Of a stretch of 64,000 nucleotides of DNA, positions 50,701 to 64,000 are shown in pieces. The DNA is from Sminthopsis crassicaudata (Eukaryota): the NCBI RefSeq assembly GCF_048593235.1, contig NC_133620.1:291911765-291975764 (forward strand). The letters run 5' to 3'. Each line of letters begins with the position of its first letter. The stretch's first letter is position 1. Under the pieces are notes generated by a model. It ran no database searches, had not been told where the DNA came from, and worked only from the letters and a program-made list of their open reading frames with translations. Both the position numbers and the translations under genes were made by a program.

Positions 50701-51539
50701 ATTGGAAAAGAGAGAAAATAAAGCAATTAAAATTAGAAGAGAATATAAGCTGCATGCTGTCTTTTCCATACATTCTCCATATTTTTCCCACTTTTATACA
50801 CTTCTACCTTTCATTTTATGTCTTAAAATAAAAACTGTCTTCTCAAAACTTAAGTTCATCTGTCCTGTGGGGTACTGTGATAAGTAGCTATATAATTTTG
50901 GAATGGAGATAAAGTTATTTGGGGGCCTTTGAGCCAAAAAGTACAATTTTTTTTTCCTATTACATAGTTTTTCATTTTTCATTTTATCTTCCATTCCAAA
51001 TTCTCTCCCTCTCTTCAGTGCCACCTTAATCCATTGAAAAAGCAAGAAATTCGATACCCATTCATATATGAAGTCATACAAAACATATTTCTGCATTAGT
51101 CACGTTCAAAAAGTACAATAAAGAAGATTTGAGTCTCTTTTTAGTAGAGGAACATTGGGCTAGTGGCAAAACTTCAGAAAATGAGTTTTGTAATCACCTA
51201 ATTTGATAATAATCTGTCTACATATTGATATTTATATCTTATGAGTAGGCAGGGCCCAAGTCCTCCTTCAGGGCTACCTCAGGCTGGAGGCAGGAGAGAC
51301 CCCTGGGGCTGACCCAACTGACCAGGGATATTACCCTGCAAAGCCCTAGTAATGAGTAGGGTAGGACCTTACAGGGCAGCCCTTAAATGTGGTAGTCTGC
51401 TTTCTGGAGTGGGGGAAAATGACATCTATTTTCACTAACCTCGAACTGAAATTTAGTCTTTTCTTAACTAATTTTTAAATGTTATTCCGAAATAGCCAAA
51501 TAGGTCCGCCAGGCTCCAGATCTAGCCTAATCCCAATTG

Positions 51540-52210
51540 CATGACGGAAAGGAATCTGAGGGTCAGGTGAAAACACTGGGTCTCAGGCCCCGCACGCAGC
51601 CGCCTAGTAGGAGGGTTGGGGAATCTAGGCCCTCGATCGTTTTGCAGAAATCCTCGCAACACCAGGCCTAAAGCAGCAGTAAACTCTTGGCCTGAAGCTC
51701 GGTGGAGAGAAGATAGGACCTCTTAAATCTAGCTAAACTGTGCGGGAGTCCCGCCTCGGGCCAGAAGGAAAAAAGGCGGAAACAAATCGGAAAGGAGACA
51801 GGGAGAACAAAGCGGACAGCTACTACAACCGAGCTGTTCCGTCGTCAGTTCCGGACTAGCAACGCGGAGCACGAGACAAAGGTTCCGCTGGCCGGGGAGG
51901 AGTAGGGAAAGATGAGGGGCTTTACTCTTTGGCGCGGGCGTGAAATGGAGAAGCTTGAGTGAAGTAAGAGCAGTTTGCTGTGATTTCACCACCGACCGCC
52001 TTCGTTGGTTGGGCTGGGGTCTGGTCTTTTAAAATTAATTAAATAAATAAAGTAATTAAATTTAATTTGAGAGGAAAATGGGGTTTGGGGAGGGAGAAAA
52101 AAATCTGAAGAGAAATGAGCACGGGGAGGAGACCCAGAAAGGGCTGGCGGAAGGTGGAAGTGGGGAGAAATGAGAGAAATACAAACTGAGCAAAGGACCG
52201 CAAGGGAGGA
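51540..52210. promoter_or_regulatory. CpG-rich promoter-like patch at the expected NFKBIL1 5' end
   Basis: Roughly 30 CpGs by eye in ~670 bp against a CpG-poor background, with ETS-like TTCCGG/TTCCGC and GC boxes. Confidence 0.7.
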
Positions 52211-52444
52211 AGAGAGAGAAGAGAGGGAGGAGGAGCTCAAGGAGTCCTAGTTCTAGAATTCAAACCTGGCCTCAGACATATAATCGTTAATCATACGAAT
52301 TTACTTGGCTTTTTAAGGTTTGCAAAACGCTTTACAAATATTTCGTTTTTATCACAACAACTCTTGTAAGTAGATGCAATTATCTCCATTTTACAAATGA
52401 GGAAATAAGTAGGCAGAAGTAAAAATATCTCACACGGAAGGAAT

Positions 52445-53610
52445 TTGTGACCAAAGAACTAGAGGTCATTATTAATCACAAAATAGAAAATTTCATTTAT
52501 ATTAAGTTAAAAAGCTTTTGTACAAATAAACCTAATGCAGACAAGATTAGAAGGGAAGCAATAAACTGGGAAAATATTTTTACAGCTAAAGGTTCTTATA
52601 AATATATAATTGACTCTAATTTAGCCATGCTCCAATTGATAAATGGTCAGAGAATATGAACAGACAATTTTCAGATGATAAAATTGAAACTTTCTACCCA
52701 TATGAAAAGGTGCTCCAAATCATTGTTGATTAGAGAAATGCAAATTAAGACAACTCTGAGATACCATTATACACCTCTCAGGAAAAAATAATAAATGTTG
52801 GAGGGGATGTGGGAAAACTAGGACACTGATACATTGTTGGTGGAGTTGTGAACGGATTTTGGAACTATACTCAAAAATTATCAAACTGTGCATACCCTTT
52901 GACCCAGCAGTGCTACTACTGGGCTTATATCCCAAAAAAATACTAAAGAGGGGAAAGGGACCTGTGTGTGCCAAAATGTTTGTGGCAGCCCTTTTCGTAG
53001 TGGTTAGAAACTAGAAATTGAGTGCATGCCCATCAATTGGAGAATGGCTGAATAAACTGGTATATGAATGTTATGAAATATTGTTCTATAAGAAATGACC
53101 AACAGGATGAATACAGAGAGGCTTGAAGAGACATGGACTGATGCTGAGTGAAATGAGCAGAACCAACAACAATACTATATGATCAATTCTGATGGATATG
53201 GCTCTCTTCAACAATGAGAGAATCTGAATCAGTTCAAAGTGATCTGTGAACCAGCTACACCCAGAGAAAGAACATTAAGAAATGAGTATGGACCACAACA
53301 TAACATTTCCACTCTTTCTGTTACTGTTTGCATTTTTGTTTTTTCTTCTCAAGTTATTTTTACCTTCTAAATCTGATCTTTCTTGTGCAACAAGATAACT
53401 ATATAAATATGTATACATATATTGTATTTAATATATACTTTAATATATTTAACATGTATGGGATTACCTGCCATCTAGGGGAGGGAGTAGAGGAAAGGAG
53501 GGGAAAAGTTGAAACAGAAGTTTTTGTAAGGGTCAATGTTGAAAAATTACCCATGCATATGCTTTGTATAAAAAAAGCTATAATAATAATAGTAAAAGAA
53601 ATATCTCACA
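52445..53610 (+). mobile_element. Internally deleted L1 3' portion between the CpG patch and ATP6V1G2
   Basis: ORF2 pieces (IKLKSFCTNKPNA) and a 3'UTR matching the 22.2-kb L1. Confidence 0.85.
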
Positions 53611-54472
53611 CACATAACTGTGAGCCTGGGCATTCCTCATTTGTAAAATAAAGATAACAGCATATACCTCCCAGGGTTGTGAGGATCAAAAAAGGTAATA
53701 TTAGTAATATGAAGCATGTTATTGAATCGAGTACATATTTCTTCCCTTAAGTAACTTGCCCAAGGTTACATTAGTGTCTTAGGTTAGGTATTTCCAGGTT
53801 CAAATGTGCTCTGTTCACACATACTAGCTGTGTGACCCGGGGCAAATCATTTAATTTCTCTTGCCTGTTTCCTCACTTGTAAGATGAGGATAACAATAGC
53901 AGGTACCTTCTGGGCTGTTTTATGGATAAAATGAGACCAAATCATAAAGCATTTTGCAAGCCTGAAGAGCATTAAACAAATGCTGGTTATTGTGCAATGA
54001 AATTGCTGAGATTTAGAGAAAAAAACAGAATTGTCCATCCTTTGTATTCCCATTTTGTGATGATCTCTTCCTCCCAGACCTTTATTGTCCATGTTCATAG
54101 CCCTCAATTACCATTATGATCTCTTTTACCGTTCACAGAAATCCTATTCATCAAAACCTAGAATGAGGTAGAACTTGCTGCCAAAAAATAGAGGCTAGAA
54201 AATTGCTCTGAGATAGGGAGGGATTTCCCTCCCTACCCCTCCTCTACCCAAAACAGGCAATAATCTGGTCTCTGTAGCCCTCAGATGGTACTACTGCAAG
54301 AACAAGGGAATGAGGTGGAGTAATTAGCTAGAATTGGGAATAAGAGGAAACCGAGAGCAGGGGGACACTAAGACCCAACGGAGTGGAGGATAACTGCATG
54401 TGGTGGGGTGTGGGGGTGGAGGTAGTGGCAGTAAACTGGTACCTTTGGTAGCATCACCACTCACAAATAGAG

Positions 54473-55539
54473 ATGGCCAGTCAATCTCAGGGCATCCAGC
54501 AACTGCTGCAGGCTGAGAAAAGAGCAGCTGAGAAGGTGGCAGATGCCCGAAAGAGTGAGAGCCTTGGTGGGAAACTAACAGGGTTTTAGAAGGATTGGTC
54601 AATTTAATTACTAAGAGGAGTGATGGGGGATGGGACAGAAAAGTGGAATGTGAAGTAGCCTAAGATGCCAGCATTTCTTTAGAGATGTATAAGGAATTGA
54701 ACTACCATGGTGATCACGAAGGACTCTTTTGGTTGAAAGTGCCCTTTAAACTATCTTTCTGCAGCTGTTCTTCCCTTCTTTCACTCCAGGGAAGGCTCGG
54801 CGTCTGAAACAGGCCAAGGAGGAGGCTCAGTTGGAGGTAGAGCAATATCGTAGGGAACAGGAGCAGGAATTCCAGAGCAAGCAACAAGCGGTAAGATTTG
54901 GCGTGTATTGCATATTGGAAAACATTATCAGGGTAATTTCTCTAATGGTATGGGAACTTTAATGAGGGACATTAGCATTTTCAAATATTTTTGTGGAGGG
55001 AAGTCTCTCAGGAAAGCATAGAATTTATGAGGCAGTGTTTGCAGGTTTTTATATCTATTGTGGAAAATAGCAGTGGGCTAGGGTGGGAAATATAAAATCT
55101 TCCTGGGTCAGGTGATAATGTTGAAGTGGATGGGGAATTCAGTTTTTGGATTATGGGTCTTAATGTACATACTTCTCTCTGGGCCTCAATGGCTTTTATA
55201 GAATTTGCATAGTCTGTACATAAAAGAGTAATATTCATATTTGCGTCTTTTTTTTTTTTTTTTTTTGCTCTCTCTTCTTGTGGCAACCTCATATTCTGGG
55301 ACTCTGTTTCCTATTTCTCTTTTCCTAATGCTCCCACCCACCTTATCCTCTCTTCCCCAAAACAGGCCATGGGTTCCCAGGGGAACTTGTCAGCTGAGGT
55401 GGAGCAGGCAACTCGGCGCCAAGTACAGAACATGCAGAGCTCCCAGCAGCACAATCGTGAGTGTGTCCTGGCTCAACTCCTTGGCATGGTCTGTGACATC
55501 AGACCCCAGATCCATCCCAACTATCGGATTGCTGCCTAG
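54473..55539 (+). CDS. ATP6V1G2: V-ATPase subunit G2; CDS join(54473..54554,54790..54890,55366..55539), 118 aa
   Basis: Reads MASQSQGIQQLLQAEKRAAEKVADARK/RKARRLKQAKEEAQ.../AMGSQGNLSAEVEQATRRQVQ...HPNYRIAA*. GT-AG sites. AATAAA at 56335-56340. Confidence 0.97.
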
Positions 55540-57449
55540 GGACTCTATACCAATCATCTCCCCTCTTCCCAAAACTTTATACCTTGTCTTCTAGCCATAT
55601 CCCTTTTCTCCCATCAGTCTTCCAGAAATGCAAGGAGTTACCCTGTGGTTCTCCCATGTAGAATCCTAAATCTTTAGCTCCATAACTCCTACCAGGAACT
55701 TTTAAGTTCTCAGAGAATGCTTATTTCACAAAGAATCTAAATCTACCTTAAAATGTTGACTTTGGTAACTGCCCTCTAGTCATTGTAATAGTTGTGTGCC
55801 TGGACAAGCTACTTAATTTTTTCATATGTAAAATGAAGAGAATTGCATGTAATTACAATGTTCTGGTGAAGATTAAATGAAATGACTTTTGTAAAATGTT
55901 TTGCAAATCTTAAAGTATTAAAGGCTATGCATCATTAAGATTTTTCCCAGATAGATCAAAATCTCTTCCCAGTTGATATCAATGAAATAATCCTAGTAGC
56001 CTTCTGATTTAAAGGACCATTCTTCAAAGTGTACGGATTTCCCTGCATGGCATTCCTTTGACCAGTGATGAAACTACTGACCTACAAAATTTTATTAATC
56101 TTATGATTCTAAGGGTTTCTTTTTCTTCCTGTTTTCCCTTTTATAATCTTTACATCATTCCTGCTACTTCTCCATTTTTTCTTGTTTCTCACAATTTATT
56201 GAAGAGACTTGTTTTACTTTCTTTATTCCAAGTGTTCTTATGTGAGTGTTCCCTATCTTTTTCTGTTTTCCTTCTCCCTCACTTTAGTTTCCTATTGTTC
56301 TATTCAATTCTAAAATGAAACAAATGCAAATGTCAATAAAATAAATTATGAAAACTTATAAGAATTCTTTTTTTTTTTTTTTTTGAAGAATCTCTCTCAT
56401 AATACTTCATTTTTCATTCCCCTTCACCTTCATTACTTATTGAAACTTGAAATATTTAAGTTTAGGACAAACCAATTCTGTTACTTTCCACATTGTCTTA
56501 ACATGTTCTAATTTCCAGAAGGGGAAAACTAGTTTTTGAAAGCAGCTCAACTTTAAATAAGGGGCAAACCTGGAATTTGTACCCAAATCTCCCACTCTAA
56601 ACCCATTGTTTTTCCCCTCCATTATTTCTTATATTTATGTAATATTCCAACAAATGATAAAGGTAGGAGATACCCCTCATCCCAAGAAAGCATTTGGATT
56701 TCACCTTGCCCCTAGGCAGAAGGGGCAAGTTTTTGTGGATATAGATCCCAAAACTGGAAGCAACAGCAAGAGGAATGGAAAATGAAGCCTTGTGCCTGAA
56801 TTTAGGCTCCTCATCCCTAACTTTGGGTCCTTAAAACTCTGCTCCCTTCCTGGGGCACCCGTAACTTTGCCCAGCTATGGCCTGTGACAGTGGCAAGTCA
56901 GTGGTCATATATCCTTTATAAATTTGTTACGGCATATTAGCATTGTTCCAAAATCAGACATATCCATAAGTGGGCCCATCTGCCTGGGACACTGGAGGGG
57001 GTTTCTCTGGTCAGCTGTGCAGACATCTTCCTCTTCCCCTCCATCCCAGCTTCAGTGAAGACTCTGCTCAAAACTCAATACAAGATGCCCCTCCCCCTCC
57101 CCCCCAATCCGCAGCGCCTTCTCAGAGACTACATTCCCTTTGTTCCCTATCTTGCATGTACACATGTCCAAGAGTACTAGTTTTTGGAGGCCTGGGCTGT
57201 ACTTTTTTGCTTTTGTTTTTTCTTGCATCATCAGCAGGCGCTTGATAAATGCTTGCTGACTGGCAGGACTGCACCAGGAGGTCGCTAAGGTTCCCTGTCA
57301 GAATGGCAGCATGCCCATTAACCTCCTTTCAGCAGGACAATGGGTTAGAAAGAAGACAAGGGCGTTCAGTTACTTCCGCTTTCAGAGCTCCTAAATCTGC
57401 TTCCCTTTTCTTCCACCCCTCGTCCTCAGCCATCGCACCCATCCCAGAG

Positions 57450-58330
57450 GCCCGGTAAAACCTGGCCTACGCCGAGGTCACCTTGGCAACTGCGGCAGTC
57501 GTAGGACGCCGGGAGAACGTGCCGCCACTTCCGCGACCCATTCATTGCGTTCCAAGTGAAAAGCAGCGCTTTAAGCAAGCCTGACTGAAAAGCAAAGTAG
57601 GAGAAGAGAGTCCGGGCTAGTGGGATGGGAAGGTTCGCAAAAAAGAGAGCGTAAATCTCCCCTCACAACTTTGATTCGGAAGGCGGCGGGAGAACCGAAA
57701 AGAAATTCATAGTTTTCATCCAGTCAGGCGATCCAGAGGGCATCTCTCTAATGCGCGGGACGGTTGATTCGTAGGAGGTCCTCGAGCCTTGCTTCCTGTT
57801 CCTCGCGTCTGCGCACTGGTACACTGGAAAGAGTGGGGTGGAAAGGGGAGAGGGAACGCGGGGACCGGAAGTGGAGGCCGCTTTCGTCGGTCGCCGCCGC
57901 TGCCGCCACCAGACGCATTTCTTCCCCGCTCAGGTAAGCGGCGGCCACGGCCTTTATCCACATCCATCCATCCTTCTCTAAGCCCATTCGATAGCAAGGG
58001 ACCCCCAATATCCCTGCCGAGAGCGATGCTTTAGCCTCCTGGCCCCTGCGGGGCCGTTATTTCCGCCTCTTTTCCCGCCCCGCCCGCGAGGGAAGAACCC
58101 CCCCCAGGGGGGAGGGGATGGCCGGGAGCGAAAGGGGAGGACCCAAGATGGCGGCGGTGGCGCCATTGTGTCCCAGCCCCCGAGGCCCCTCTGGTAACCT
58201 CACGCGCTTTGTCGCCATCCTCCTCTTCCCCGCCGGCGGCCTTGCTCCAGTTGGAGAAGGTCGGGAGGGACACTGTCTCCTCTTTAGCCAGTATGTTTGT
58301 GGGGATCGTAACATACGGACAATGCAGAGC
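57450..58330. promoter_or_regulatory. CpG-island promoter of DDX39B
   Basis: High GC and CpG density. ETS cores (CACTTCCG ~57526, CCGGAAGT ~57865) and a YY1-type AAGATGGCGGC at 58145-58155. Confidence 0.8.
57865..57933 (+). other. DDX39B: Probable non-coding first exon of DDX39B
   Basis: Lies in a CpG island, begins near a CCGGAAGT ETS motif and ends at a strong donor CAG|GTAAGC at 57933/57934. The 5' end is approximate. Confidence 0.6.
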
Positions 58331-59127
58331 CTTATCTAAAGCCACACTACCCGTGGAGTCTTTTCTCCCGGTTCTTTGTAGAAGAGGGACAGGTCTCTGG
58401 GCCCCATGTCTGTAAATTACCAACAGGTTTCCTCCCCCTGATCCTCCCCAATGATTCAAGCCATTAAAATGTTGGAGGGGAAACGTGACCCTCTTAGTGA
58501 AGACCTCTCTTGTCTCCCCATCCTACTTCCCATTGATGAAGAACGTTTGCCTTTGACTTTAAGGTTCTCCACCTGTGGTAGGTCCCTGTTCAAGAGGGAC
58601 TTGGACAGACTGGGGCTTGAGTAACAACCAGCCACGTAGTGTGTTCGTCATGAGGCTAGAACTCTGCGAGCTATGAATATCATACCTTTGGTTGCTGCAG
58701 GTTTGGGGGGGGAGAAGTTATTTCTTCTATAAGTCGTTAGACATTAATGCTGATGCAGGCTTTGTTCCAGCTCCAGACCCTCCCTTTGATATATTAAAAA
58801 AAAAAAAAATTTCCTTAACTCTTTTGTAGTTCTAAATTTGTAGTTGATTCATACTATCATCAATTTCTTCTCTTTTTCTATTACTCGGGTTCCTACATGT
58901 GTTAACAAGCTTCAAATTCCCCCCCTCCCCCAAAAATTTACTTTTCTCTGTCCTCAAACCTCATTTTTGTATTCTAGCTTGTCTGTTTTTCTCTATCCAG
59001 AAGAAATAGCTCAAAAAATTTTAAAAGAGGGAGGTATATGGAAAAAACTGGAGGTTGGTGGGAATTTTTTTTCTTTTATCACCAGCTTGTTTCTCCCAAT
59101 CCTATCTTCCTTAGCTCTCAATTCTGA

Positions 59128-63512
<4,385 letters not shown>

Positions 63513-64000
63513 TGAGTCCTCCCTGGAAAGACAGAGATAGAGACAGCCAGTGATAAGGTCTGCGCGGGTGCCAGGGAAACTCCGGAAGACTTGGTCGGGA
63601 TAAACACGAGAGCGGGTAGAAATCAAATAAACCCCAACAAAATAAGAAACCCAAGCAACAAAATTCTTTTTCCCTTTGGCAGGGTGGGACAGAATGTCCT
63701 ACCCCACCATCCACTATTTCCCTTGTCCCCCATGAGCATACACCCTCAAGGTGGCATCGAGCACAACTGGGGCCTTTTGGCCCCCCTAAAAACTCATCTC
63801 CCCAAAACCCACATTTCCTGATGACAGGAGAGCAAGAGAGGGACAGACATATTGCAGGGCATGGCCAAGAGAAGAGCAAAAACCACAAATGAGTCTGCCC
63901 CCTCCCCACCTTCAGGGGTGGGGGCCTTTGGCACCTCAACCCCCCACCCTTCTACTCCTTCCCTTCCCTTTCCTCATCCTCCCCCATCTGGACCCTGTGG

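Noticed and set aside
51240-51320. Candidate NFKBIL1 coding exon 1 (minus strand PEVALKEDLGPAYS)
   Set aside because: Only vague resemblance to human exon 1, with no clear ATG or donor site.

Overview
Marsupial genomic DNA from the TNF cluster at the MHC class III boundary (dasyurid origin is an inference from the SINE/L1 repertoire). The gene order is the conserved mammalian one: LTB (+), TNF (-), LTA (-), NFKBIL1 (-), ATP6V1G2 (+), DDX39B (+, truncated by the window end). LTB, TNF, LTA, ATP6V1G2 and the visible DDX39B exons are intact, with canonical GT-AG sites. NFKBIL1 at its syntenic position is disabled: at least three substitution-type stops, several frameshifts, a mutated donor site and no exon 3, yet a CpG-rich promoter-like patch survives upstream of it. 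Other notable structures: (1) a near-identical, order-permuted copy of DDX39B exon 4/intron 4 lying 41 kb away at about 20-21.4 kb; (2) a ~270-bp inverted repeat between LTB and TNF; (3) SNORD83/84/117-family snoRNA copies in DDX39B introns, one with a broken D box; (4) a perfect 14-bp hairpin and an (AT)18 tract in the TNF 3'UTR, alongside the ARE and CDE. Bases 1-32 kb are mostly L1, L2, SINE, LTR and hAT debris with two short N gaps, and I recognise no LST1 or NCR3 there. Comparisons with human sequence are from memory and need alignment.
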